IMG/VR virus record: IMGVR_UViG_3300025261_000058
Source of the DNA: an uncultured virus (IMG/VR IMGVR_UViG_3300025261_000058)
Taxonomy: Duplodnaviria; Heunggongvirae; Uroviricota; Caudoviricetes
Direction: 5' to 3' (one strand)
Length of the DNA: 64,000 nt
Position numbers and translations under genes: made by a program. Positions within the stretch are counted from its first letter, which is position 1. Each line of letters begins with the position of its first letter. Under the pieces are notes generated by a model. It was not told the DNA's origin. It saw nothing but the letters and a program-made list of their open reading frames with translations, and ran no database searches. Positions 28,812 through 37,428 of this stretch are shown in pieces.

Positions 28812-28856
28812 GCGCGAGTGAATCCTTGCTTATGGAGGCGCGGGCGCCGGGTAGAT

Positions 28857-30245
28857 TTATCCTGCGAGCGCGGCCCACTGAGCGAGGCCGCCACCAATCA
28901 AATGCGAGAACGCGCGAGAGAGCGAGTCGATCTGATCATCAAAACTGCCGTTCGGGAACATGCGCATTTCGTCGATCAATGCAGCGTTCCAACTGCCGCG
29001 CAGCATGACGACGTTGCCAACGTTGACCTGTGCTGCGAATGGCTCGGCTCGCGTGACCTTGTCGCCCGATTCAGGGGACGTCGTCACCGGATAGCCGACG
29101 AGCTCGCGCGTCAGGTAAAGAACCTGCGTTTTGCCTGCTTGTCCCGGGTCTTGCGGGATGCTGATCTTCGTCGACACGCCATCTAGCGAGGCGGTGTTGA
29201 CCATCGCCGCGTCCCGCTCATCGGGGCCGACGCGCAGCCTGACCATGTCGCCGATGATGAAGCGTCCATCCGGCAGGCGGCCAATCTTGCCGCCGGCAGT
29301 AAAGTCGCCATCCGTCGTGCTCGCCAAGTCCCAGCCGCGCACCCATTGGATATGTCCATAGGGCAGTGCGTCGATGGTCTGGATTTGGTCGGGCTTGAAG
29401 ATGCCGCCTTCAGCCGGCGCCGGTCGTTGCTGATACTGCCCAGCAAACGTATAGGGCGATGCCGCTTCCATGCGGCGCAATTCTTCGACTGAATGCTTCT
29501 CAGGCCAGAGCGCTGTGCCGTCATCCTGCAGGGCAGGCAGACAGACGCGTTCCCACTTCTCGCCGTTGCCGCCGTTCAGCAGCCACCCGGCAAGGTCGCT
29601 CTCATGCAACCTCTGCATGATGAGGATGATCGGCGTGTCGGGGCTGTTCTTCCGTGATTCAAACGTGTTCTGAAACCAGTCGATCACGTTCTGACGCATT
29701 ACGTCCGACCGGGCTTCATCTGCCTTGTGCGGATCGTCGATCAGAAGGGCGCCGCCGAAACCGGGGCGATGCTTGCCAGCGCCGTAACCGGTGATCGTGC
29801 CTCCAGCGCCCACGGCGTACATGATGCCGCCAGCCGTCGTGCGCCATTCGTCCTTGGCCTGGCTGTCTTCGCGCAGGCCAACAGACGGAAAGATTGCCTT
29901 GTACTCGGCTTCCTGCACCAGCCCGCGGACGTCCCATGAGGACGCTGCAGCGAGGCGCGATGAATACGACGTGTAAATGAATTCGCTGTCAGGCGCGTGG
30001 CCAAGCGACCAGCCGACGAAATTCTTGACGATCTCCGTCTTGGAGTAGCGCGGCGGGATGTTGATGATGAGGCGCTTGCACTCACCACGAAACACCCGCA
30101 TTAGCGCTTCGCAGACCGTCGCATGGTGCTGTGCCTGCTGCCACGTGTATCCGCGGCGGTTGACGAACATCCAGCGCGTGAACCAGAAGAGGTCGGCCAT
30201 CGACAGCGAACGGTAAGAGCGCCGTTCCGTATCGCTGAATTCCAT
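28857..30245 (-). CDS. terL: Terminase large subunit
   Basis: NIPPRYSKT, GG.ITG.G, IDDP.K, MQRLH..DL.G, QYQQ.P, WDLA, DDQID. Confidence 0.95.
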   Translation of the reverse strand: MEFSDTERRSYRSLSMADLFWFTRWMFVNRRGYTWQQAQHHATVCEALMRVFRGECKRLIINIPPRYSKTEIVKNFVGWSLGHAPDSEFIYTSYSSRLAAASSWDVRGLVQEAEYKAIFPSVGLREDSQAKDEWRTTAGGIMYAVGAGGTITGYGAGKHRPGFGGALLIDDPHKADEARSDVMRQNVIDWFQNTFESRKNSPDTPIILIMQRLHESDLAGWLLNGGNGEKWERVCLPALQDDGTALWPEKHSVEELRRMEAASPYTFAGQYQQRPAPAEGGIFKPDQIQTIDALPYGHIQWVRGWDLASTTDGDFTAGGKIGRLPDGRFIIGDMVRLRVGPDERDAAMVNTASLDGVSTKISIPQDPGQAGKTQVLYLTRELVGYPVTTSPESGDKVTRAEPFAAQVNVGNVVMLRGSWNAALIDEMRMFPNGSFDDQIDSLSRAFSHLIGGGLAQWAALAG

Positions 30246-30249
30246 AGCC

Positions 30250-30915
30250 TCATACCTTCGGGTTCGCGGCGTTCTCCGTCAAAACCTGCTTGATCTCTGC
30301 CAGTGTGGCCGGCGGTGCGTTGTTCACGGTGACCGATGGAGCTGGAGGCGGCGTCTGTTCTTCTGCGACACCGTATGCCTCGCGTTCGAGTCCGATCAGC
30401 GTCTTGAGCGTCTCGGCCAGCTTTTTCATGCTGTCAACGCGTGTTGCGCCTGAGATGACCTTGCGGTACACGTCATTGCGCTTGTCCTGACCTTTCTCGT
30501 CATCGGAGCGGAGCATCTCGCCCAACTGTTCGAAGAGATCGACGTTGTCTGTCTCGACTTCCAGTTCACCCAGCAGGTTCATTGCGATGCCACGCGCCCG
30601 GGAAATATCCTTGCGGTGCGCGAGTCGGATATTGGCGATGACCTGCGCGTTCGCCTCAACAATGACCGCATCGGTTGCCGCCTTGGTTTCCGTGGCAACC
30701 TGGCTGGCAACTTCACGCTTGGCAACCAGCGCTTCGGCCTTGGCCTGTATGCGTTTGCCGAGATCGCGCTCCCATCCTTCGGCCTTGGCCTTCTTCTGGA
30801 TTGCGGTGTGCGAAATCCCTTGTGCGGCTGCAATCTCCCGCACCGACAGTAAGCCGGCCCGATAGTCGGCTTCAATGCGCTCCCAGTCCGGCGTGGCCTT
30901 CTTTGTTTGCGCCAT
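30250..30915 (-). CDS. terS: Terminase small subunit
   Basis: PDWE.IE..YRAG..S.REIA HTH; LI.LEREAY; upstream of TerL. Confidence 0.85.
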   Translation of the reverse strand: MAQTKKATPDWERIEADYRAGLLSVREIAAAQGISHTAIQKKAKAEGWERDLGKRIQAKAEALVAKREVASQVATETKAATDAVIVEANAQVIANIRLAHRKDISRARGIAMNLLGELEVETDNVDLFEQLGEMLRSDDEKGQDKRNDVYRKVISGATRVDSMKKLAETLKTLIGLEREAYGVAEEQTPPPAPSVTVNNAPPATLAEIKQVLTENAANPKV

Positions 30916-30986
30916 AGTGTTTCCTCAATATCTCGGCGGCACAACCAAGCAAGCCGCCACTAGCAGGTAGTAGGCGAGGAGGGGTG

Positions 30987-32171
30987 TCATGCTGCCGCCT
31001 CAAACATCTCAGGCACCACCGTATTGCGCGCTACCTCGCCATATTGAACGTGGTAGGTAATGGCCTGTGCGGAGCGCTCCGAGACGTAGCCGTGACGGGC
31101 AGAGTGAGCGTCATTTGCCGCCAGCGTTCTATGCTGCACGACTGTAACGCCCGTATGCTCTTTCTCGTCTTTGTGGTGTTGGTGACCTGTGTGGATCACG
31201 CGCTTGGTCGTCGCGCCCCACATTGCCGGAAATTTCGCGGCAAAGAGAAGGGGCATGTTTTCTTTCCTGGTCAGGTGTCCATGATGGAAGCCCAGCATGT
31301 TTGTGCCATGCTGCCACGCGTAGTAGGGCGACTCGGAGTCGATCACAGTCACCCGCGGCTCGTTCTCGTATAGCGCGCGGAACATAGCTCGAAGCCACAC
31401 ACTGGAACTGAGGTCGTGATTGCCTTCCGCCATCAGTACGACAACCTTATCGTGCCGCTCCAGAGCGAAATCAATGATCCGGCGCAGGACACGAATGGCC
31501 ACGCCGACGATCTTCGAGTACCGGCCGTCCTGGTCCAAAATGTTCTGGTGCAAGGGCGTCACTGGCAACATGCCGCCGGAACCGTCCGAATGAAGGAAGT
31601 CGCCGAGCTGTGCGACGAATGCTGTACTTGCCTTCGGAGCGGCCTCGATCATGTGTGCGAACGCGGATACCAGAGTGCGCTCGGCAATCTTCAAATCCCA
31701 GTCCGCGCCGGTTTCCTTACCCCATGCCAGCATTCCCAGGTGGTAATCGGTGAATGTGTACAGATTGCACAGCGCGTCACTCGTGCCCTTGGGCATCGGC
31801 GCCGGCCTCATCCGCGGCAGCGTCTCAGCCATCGCGGCACATGCCTCTCGGAAGATTTCTTCCTGGCGCGATTTGTCAGCTTTCGCCTTTACCCATTGTC
31901 CGGTCGGCTGGCCATCGGCATTGAAGTACGTCGAGACGCCGTCAGCGGTAAAGCCATCGGGCACCGAGTGGACGAAATGATGCTCCGGGCTATACCCCAT
32001 CTTCGCCGCACGCTTCTCCAGATTACCCAGAGCGCGAATCAGAACGCTGTGATGCAGCCCGAGAGCCTTGGCTGCGAGCGTGGGCTTGCCGTGCTTCTCG
32101 ACGGCTTCGAGAAAGGAAATTTCCCGGGCATCGGCAAATTCTCGCAAACGCGGGTCAAATTGTCGTGCCAC
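30987..32171 (-). CDS. HTH plus calcineurin-like metallophosphoesterase
   Basis: TDYHLG, GDFLHSD, GNHD, HHGH, GHQH motifs. Confidence 0.82.
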   Translation of the reverse strand: MARQFDPRLREFADAREISFLEAVEKHGKPTLAAKALGLHHSVLIRALGNLEKRAAKMGYSPEHHFVHSVPDGFTADGVSTYFNADGQPTGQWVKAKADKSRQEEIFREACAAMAETLPRMRPAPMPKGTSDALCNLYTFTDYHLGMLAWGKETGADWDLKIAERTLVSAFAHMIEAAPKASTAFVAQLGDFLHSDGSGGMLPVTPLHQNILDQDGRYSKIVGVAIRVLRRIIDFALERHDKVVVLMAEGNHDLSSSVWLRAMFRALYENEPRVTVIDSESPYYAWQHGTNMLGFHHGHLTRKENMPLLFAAKFPAMWGATTKRVIHTGHQHHKDEKEHTGVTVVQHRTLAANDAHSARHGYVSERSAQAITYHVQYGEVARNTVVPEMFEAAA

Positions 32172-32180
32172 GGTTTCCCC

Positions 32181-32396
32181 TTAAGACGTCAATTTTGGTT
32201 TGAACTCAATGCACCAGTCGTCCGGATTGACTTCCGGCCACTCAGCGCTTGATACGCCGGTGGCCGGGTCATAGACGAACACTGGCGGGTAGCGCCGGCA
32301 GCGCATGCCTTCGGTCCGGCTGCAATGGACAGCTCGACATTCCTTGCAAATCTCCGTGCGCTCAGCGACGACTTTGACTGTCTTGCGAGCTGCCAT
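32181..32396 (-). CDS. Small Cys-rich phage protein
   Basis: C..C...CRRYPP...WP.V..DDWC.EF. Confidence 0.7.
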   Translation of the reverse strand: MAARKTVKVVAERTEICKECRAVHCSRTEGMRCRRYPPVFVYDPATGVSSAEWPEVNPDDWCIEFKPKLTS

Positions 32397-32410
32397 CGGA
32401 GATCCAGAAT

Positions 32411-32439
32411 AAAAAAGCCAGCAGCCTTTCGGCGCCGGC
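32411..32439 (-). terminator. Intrinsic terminator closing the ncRNA tract
   Basis: GCCGGC-GCC-GAAA-GGC-T-GCTGGC plus T6. Confidence 0.7.
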
Positions 32440-32868
32440 AGACGTCGAAGGGGGAGTCGACGCGAGGAGAATTGGATGAAAGCTACTTTGTCGCAGACCG
32501 CGTGACCCGCAGGTGGCTATCGCCAGGCGCGTCGCTAATTTCACCTTCGTGGCGGCGCACTCCCGGAGCAGTCCCAAATCCGGCCGGATCTACCCACCGC
32601 GTTGTCGCAGAAGGCTATGGCTTGCTTTGTCCGCGCTGAATGCGCCTGCATGAAGGGCCTCGTTTCGTGAGGCTCTACGGCGATTGACCAGTTCGCACCG
32701 AACGAGGTTAAGAACTGCCTTGATAGCTCATGCGAGCCCAATCGGGCGGCAGACACCCGCTTGTCCGGTCTCTGCTCCCGGCATGTTCTTGCCGCTTACG
32801 ATTATGCGGCGTCTGTGTTGGTGCTTTCCTCGTGCCACTAAGGGGCAAACAGCCCAGACCGATTTCGT

Positions 32869-32966
32869 TGAGAGTGGCCGGCGCTGATCTCCGGCACGTC
32901 CGGTTCTCTTGCACTTCCCCGGCTCCGGGGCAGGGTTGGGCGCATCAGCCTGCGCATTCACTCTCA
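32869..32966 (-). ncRNA. C4-type antisense RNA (P1 c4 / P4 CI-like)
   Basis: TGAGAGTG AAT GCGC-AGGCTGAT-GCGC ... GCCGG-AGATCAGCG-CCGGC CACTCTCA matches the recalled C4 consensus scaffold. Confidence 0.8.
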
Positions 32967-33168
32967 CGGCTGACGACTGCGCGCAGCATAAGGTTCGCTT
33001 ACCGGCGCAAACAGATGATCAATCTGTCGCAACCGTGCCCTGCACCACCGCAATCGTCATGCGTGAAAGCGATATCGACATAACGATATCGAACCAATTT
33101 GCTCTCACGACTGACGCCTTGTTGGCCCACCCCGGTAGCTCCCGAAGCCAAAGCGTCATGCGCGAAAG
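32961..33168 (-). ncRNA. Two tandem same-scaffold hairpin RNAs (32961-33069, 33102-33168)
   Basis: Both CTTTCRCG-CA-TGACG...CGTCA-GY-CGTGAGAG, with unrelated inner domains. Confidence 0.6.
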
Positions 33169-33468
33169 GGCTCCGCCGCCCGTATCAAACTGCTACGCCG
33201 ACCGTAGTTGGCGGCGAAGCGGGGATCATGGCTTGGGAAGATTGTCCCTGCGCGGACGAATGTCCATGTCACACCTCAATCAAGTTTATCCATCGGATCG
33301 CAACACTGCCGGCCGTCGATCAACTCTCGCGCGCACCACCAACAGCGAACGGCTCGCAAACGTCGATCAGCCACTCCGAGTAGCCGGTAAGGGTGTGGGC
33401 GCATGCGAGGTGCCACGTTGCGGCCACCATCGGGCCAAAGGTGAGGATTGACTCCCAACCATCGAAAG

Positions 33469-34389
33469 TCATGTCGCCTCTCGCTCCACGAATTCCCATC
33501 TGTATCCGTAAGCGCTTTTCCTGCGCCCGGCGCACACATGGCTCAGGTATGAAGACGTAGCCTTTGATATTCCCGAGTCTTTCAGCCAGATCACCGCATG
33601 CACCAGCGATTCAAACACCTTGCCGGTATCAACGATTCTGACGGGCTTTGCCCTTGCTGCGAATGATGCTGCAGCGGCTTGGGCCCTAGCTTCTGGTGAT
33701 CGAGCGTTCATCGCCGCCGATAACTTCGCCCTGTGATCATCTGACAGGCGCTTGCCCATGCGGGCTGCGGACAACTTAGCGCGCGTCTCTGCAGTCACAA
33801 CCCGGTTCTTCAGCCGTTCAGACCTCCTGCGCCGCTCATCGGGAGATTGACCAAACAGTGTGCTCTTGGCGGACAAGATTGCTTTGGTTTCGGCAGATAG
33901 AGGTTTCCCCCGCCTTGCTTGCGCGGACCTCGCTATCGCCTCGGTCGTCGGCGACTTTCCTTTGCGAATGGCAGATGCTTTCTCCCGCCACTCCGGAGTA
34001 TCCCGGATCGCCCTCATAGCCGCCCTGGCAGCCGCGGACATCTTTCTGCCAGTCAAGGCAGCAGAAATCTTGTGGCATGTCGCCTCAGGGCGTTTCATGC
34101 CGAGATGACTGCCCGCAGTCTTGCAGATGTTGTAGCCCGGCACCAAGCAATCAATAGCTAGCTGCTCATACATGAGCAAATCAGGCTTTCCGCAGATCAA
34201 CAGGATCTCAAACCGCAACCCTGACTCGCCATGCTTTTTAAATGCCGATTGCAGATGCGGGTTATGGTGCGACCCTGCTCGAAGGTGATGAAGATGGACA
34301 TGCCACCTTCTTCTGATATTAACCGCCGAGCCTACGTATTGCTTCCCAGACGCGCTGGTAATGGCATAAATGCCAGCAACGTTATTCAT
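33469..34389 (-). CDS. GIY-YIG homing endonuclease with NUMOD3-type repeats
   Basis: GIYAI...YVGSA..I.RRW..H, E, YN; repeated G.K.S.ET.AK.S. Confidence 0.92.
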   Translation of the reverse strand: MNNVAGIYAITSASGKQYVGSAVNIRRRWHVHLHHLRAGSHHNPHLQSAFKKHGESGLRFEILLICGKPDLLMYEQLAIDCLVPGYNICKTAGSHLGMKRPEATCHKISAALTGRKMSAAARAAMRAIRDTPEWREKASAIRKGKSPTTEAIARSAQARRGKPLSAETKAILSAKSTLFGQSPDERRRRSERLKNRVVTAETRAKLSAARMGKRLSDDHRAKLSAAMNARSPEARAQAAAASFAARAKPVRIVDTGKVFESLVHAVIWLKDSGISKATSSYLSHVCAGRRKSAYGYRWEFVEREAT

Positions 34390-34510
34390 TCTTTACCTTG
34401 ACTAGAGGTAGACCATTTGAGGGGCGCGGAAGATTGGCGGTCAAACCAACCGTGTCGGGAGCTACCCTATCCGCGCTCTGCAATTATATCTGCTTCACAG
34501 CCTTCCTCAA
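34390..34510 (-). promoter_or_regulatory. Internal promoter and structured 5' leader of the GIY-YIG gene
   Basis: TTGAGG-16bp-TATAAT (34510-34483); GCGCGGA/TCCGCGC closes two hairpins. Confidence 0.6.
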
Positions 34511-34630
34511 TTCATCCAGCCGGGCGATCATCGAAGCCCTCAGCGCCGGATCGATGTTGCGCATGCGCTCGAGGTCCAGTTCCAGGCTGTCGATTAGGTC
34601 TTGTGCGTTCATATCGAATTCTCGCTGGCG

Positions 34631-34879
34631 TCAGTCGACCAGCTCGACCCTCATTGCAGAGGGAGTGGGGCACGGGACGGCCGACACAGCGCCGGCCCCA
34701 GCGGGGAGATCAAATAGGGATTCGGCACGTTTGCGCGCTTCGCTCCATTCCTTACGGACAGTCAGCGTTCGGCGCTTCTCGGCGCGTTTCTCTGCGTTGG
34801 CTTGAGCCGCCTGGTTTTCCTCAAGAATGCGCTCGGGATTCCCGTACATTCGGGATTCGAGGGGAGAGGGAAATCGCAT
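34631..34879 (-). CDS. Hypothetical protein, first late gene
   Basis: Directly after tR'; YG.P..IL motif. Confidence 0.5.
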   Translation of the reverse strand: MRFPSPLESRMYGNPERILEENQAAQANAEKRAEKRRTLTVRKEWSEARKRAESLFDLPAGAGAVSAVPCPTPSAMRVELVD

Positions 34880-34889
34880 GGCGGAGCCG

Positions 34890-34930
34890 GAAATGAAAAA
34901 GCCCCGCGAGCTTTTAGGCTGGCAGGGCTT
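34890..34930 (-). terminator. tR'-like terminator
   Basis: AAGCCCTGC..AGC-loop-GCT.GCGGGGCTT plus TTTTCATTT. Confidence 0.7.
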
Positions 34931-35039
34931 CGGAAATTCTGAGACGAGTTTACCCACTCGCGGGGATTTGGGGTGAGCCTTTCGGCTCTACTGCACAGCC
35001 TTCCGACACAGAAGGCCGACAATCAAGCAGTACGGGCAC

Positions 35040-35067
35040 AGTATATACCAGATGCGGTGTTGTGCAA
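35040..35067 (-). promoter_or_regulatory. Late promoter (pR'-like)
   Basis: TTGCAC-16bp-TATACT downstream of Q-like gene, ~140 nt before a terminator. Confidence 0.65.
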
Positions 35068-35098
35068 CAACTATTTTCTAGATTTTGTTGTTTACTGG

Positions 35099-35362
35099 TC
35101 AATACAAATTTTCGGAATACAACGTGCCGCCGTTCGAATCGTCGCCGCCGACGCGACGGATGATCTGGCCTGCGGCCTCTGCGACCTTCCATGCATCGGT
35201 GCGACTCAGGAACGCACCTTTGTTGTCGATAAACCCCTGATCAACCGGATCGCCTTCGGTATGGAGCTTGTGCATGAAGGCATCCCAATGGCGAATGCCA
35301 AGAACGACCTCACCGGTGAAGCGCTTTCGGTTGGCGGCGCAGACAATGCGATGAATTGTCAT
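35099..35362 (-). CDS. Conserved phage hypothetical protein
   Basis: IVCAA...G.RH...QGF.D..G.FL.R..A..VA...L.SE.LY. Confidence 0.75.
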   Translation of the reverse strand: MTIHRIVCAANRKRFTGEVVLGIRHWDAFMHKLHTEGDPVDQGFIDNKGAFLSRTDAWKVAEAAGQIIRRVGGDDSNGGTLYSENLY

Positions 35363-35583
35363 GACGTTGTCCCCTTCAGTACACGCAGGCGTGATTCGAG
35401 CTGCTCTATTTCTGCTTGGTGGTCGCGCTCTATACGCGCATGCTCGATAGGAATTTGAGCGTTGATAGACCTAACCAGTGCTTCAGCCTCGTGTACCGAT
35501 AGGTTATAGCTCGCAGTGGTGTCCACGTCATAACCTGACCATTGGTCTCGGATTTTTGTGGGTATCGAAATACGAATGCTCAT
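35359..35583 (-). CDS. Hypothetical protein
   Basis: ATGA-coupled on both sides. Confidence 0.6.
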   Translation of the reverse strand: MSIRISIPTKIRDQWSGYDVDTTASYNLSVHEAEALVRSINAQIPIEHARIERDHQAEIEQLESRLRVLKGTTS

Positions 35584-36089
35584 GCCGCCTCCCGCATCAG
35601 CGAACTTACCTTGCTACCTGTCGCCGCGATAGACGCCATCATGCAAGTCATCGTCTTGTCGAAGTTCTTCTGATGCTTCGACCACGATTCGACCGGCAGG
35701 CCGGCGGCCAAAGCGCGCTCGCTATCGGAGTGCCTCTTGACACCTGAGCCGTCACATTTCGGGCACTTGTCGTAACGCGCGCCGTTGAGGATCAGACCTG
35801 CACCATTGCACGGGACGCAGTTGTCGAGCACGAATTCTTTGATGCAAGCCGTTGCCAGTTTCTGCGCGTAGGTCAGTTCAACACCGAGCGAGCATTTCGC
35901 CTTGTGCGCCAAAAGATGAATTGCCCGCTTTCCCGCCGCGGCGTCCGAGCCAAACTTGAACCGGAATAGGGCGGCGCCGAGCGGGTCAGAAAGGCCCATC
36001 GCTGTGAGTCGATCGACCGATTTCTCTTCCCGCTCATTCCACGCGAGATTCGAACTTCTGACGTCACTTGCATACTTGTCTTTGAACAT
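35580..36089 (-). CDS. Late antiterminator Q-like protein
   Basis: C..C.G.G...C.KC.GSG zinc finger; position upstream of pR'. Confidence 0.7.
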   Translation of the reverse strand: MFKDKYASDVRSSNLAWNEREEKSVDRLTAMGLSDPLGAALFRFKFGSDAAAGKRAIHLLAHKAKCSLGVELTYAQKLATACIKEFVLDNCVPCNGAGLILNGARYDKCPKCDGSGVKRHSDSERALAAGLPVESWSKHQKNFDKTMTCMMASIAATGSKVSSLMREAA

Positions 36090-36408
36090 CACGAACCCCG
36101 CACGTGGAAACAAAATGTTGTTGATTAAACACATGAAACTCTGTTATGAATTCTAGCAGAAAAGCGCTTCGTAGTCCTTATTTGAAGCGCTGTCAATCAC
36201 CTGTTTTGCGATTATTCTTCGAGCCCTGTAACGCCGTACATGTACATCGGCTCTGCCGGCTTCTCTACCTCTGTAACTGGCGCATCCCGATACTTCCTCC
36301 GCTTAGTCGGCGCAACGTAGCGGGGACGGTGGAGGAGGTACACAGCAGCGAAGACTGCGCAGTTGAATACGCCTAGGCCGTAGAAGCCGACGCAGAGGAT
36401 TACGGTTT

Positions 36409-36753
36409 TCATGCGGCACCTCGCGTAGCGTCCACTCGCTCCTTATATCCCCTCAGAAAATCGATGATCTTCATCTGCAACTCCGGATAGATTTGCGTCT
36501 TATGCTTGACCGTGATGCGTAGCGTCCCTGGCTGATTCGAATCGTCGAATGAGTTTGCGTCGAGCGCATCGCATGTTGCGACTAGAAGGTGCAAGAGTTC
36601 GGCATCCTCCCGCAGCGCTCGCACCTCGCCGATCAGATCGATGATTGCAACGGGAGTGGCCGCAGCGCTATATGCCTCCCACGCCGGCCGCAACCCGTTT
36701 GTGCCATTTAGCGCCGCCTTCGCCAGCGCTTCCAGTGCGTCGATGTCGATCAT
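36409..36753 (-). CDS. Ead/Ea22-like protein
   Basis: ID..ALE.LAKAA...AA.P..I..LI.EV..LR.DA. Confidence 0.55.
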   Translation of the reverse strand: MIDIDALEALAKAALNGTNGLRPAWEAYSAAATPVAIIDLIGEVRALREDAELLHLLVATCDALDANSFDDSNQPGTLRITVKHKTQIYPELQMKIIDFLRGYKERVDATRGAA

Positions 36754-36980
36754 TGCTGCGTCTCCCTTCCCATTCCAGTGCCGTCGCTCTCGTAGACTCC
36801 GGCCGTCCATTGCGTGTATGCCTCGGCCAGACCTGCGTTGAGGGCTGGGCGGTTGTCGAGCAGGGCGCGCATCCGGCGCACCTCTGCTATCAAAGCGAGC
36901 ACATTAGCCGAAGTAGCCGCGTATCCCCACGGATCACCAGCCTTAGCGATGCGCTCGATTTCGTCGATGTCAATAGTCAT
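36750..36980 (-). CDS. Ead/Ea22-like small protein
   Basis: IDIDEIE.IAKA...A....VLALIAEV. Confidence 0.5.
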   Translation of the reverse strand: MTIDIDEIERIAKAGDPWGYAATSANVLALIAEVRRMRALLDNRPALNAGLAEAYTQWTAGVYESDGTGMGRETQQ

Positions 36981-37375
36981 GCTTGCTCCTTTGCGCGTTC
37001 AGAATCGACCAAATCCAGCGCACGCGTTATGCCATTCCCGGTCATGTTGTCCTCGTCGCTCGTGCCTTCGTAAATGGCGCGCTGGGCACGGACTGCTTCT
37101 TCCAGCGCCAACAGCGCGCCAAGCATCTGATAAGCCCGCACTCGCTCAACCGGAATGTCACCGCGCTCGACCAGGAACCGTGCGCGCGATACCTGGTTGT
37201 CGTGGTTCGACTGCCAGTGATTGCGCTCGGTGATTGCCTCGGATGCATGATCTACGGCGTCTTGCCAGCGCCGCTTCCAGTCGGCACACTCCGACTCAAG
37301 CGCCTCATAATCGGAGTGCCGCACGTAGACGCCGTTCTCTACCGGCATTGAGCTAGTTCCGTATCGCTGAACCAT
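36977..37375 (-). CDS. Hypothetical phage protein
   Basis: AGGAG RBS; V.RY...G.YV...DY..LE. Confidence 0.65.
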   Translation of the reverse strand: MVQRYGTSSMPVENGVYVRHSDYEALESECADWKRRWQDAVDHASEAITERNHWQSNHDNQVSRARFLVERGDIPVERVRAYQMLGALLALEEAVRAQRAIYEGTSDEDNMTGNGITRALDLVDSERAKEQA

Positions 37376-37428
37376 GTTTGTCTCCTATACCTTGGCAATT
37401 AGTGGTGAGGGATAAGTTTTGGCGGGCT

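Noticed and set aside
32970..33069. CTGACGA...GAAA on plus strand as a second hammerhead
   Set aside because: Stems I and III and the NUH triplet cannot be formed; it is the antisense of the hairpin scaffold
32400..33200. tRNA cluster or CRISPR array
   Set aside because: No GTTCRA T-loop cloverleaf; no regularly spaced identical repeats; no cas genes
33134..34466. 12-bp inverted repeat as IS terminal repeats
   Set aside because: No transposase or target-site duplication; both copies sit in hairpin apices, which fits RNA pairing better
32400..34480. Group I intron hosting the GIY-YIG gene
   Set aside because: No P7 or J6/7-J8/7 signatures found and no interrupted host gene; the endonuclease has its own promoter-like sequence
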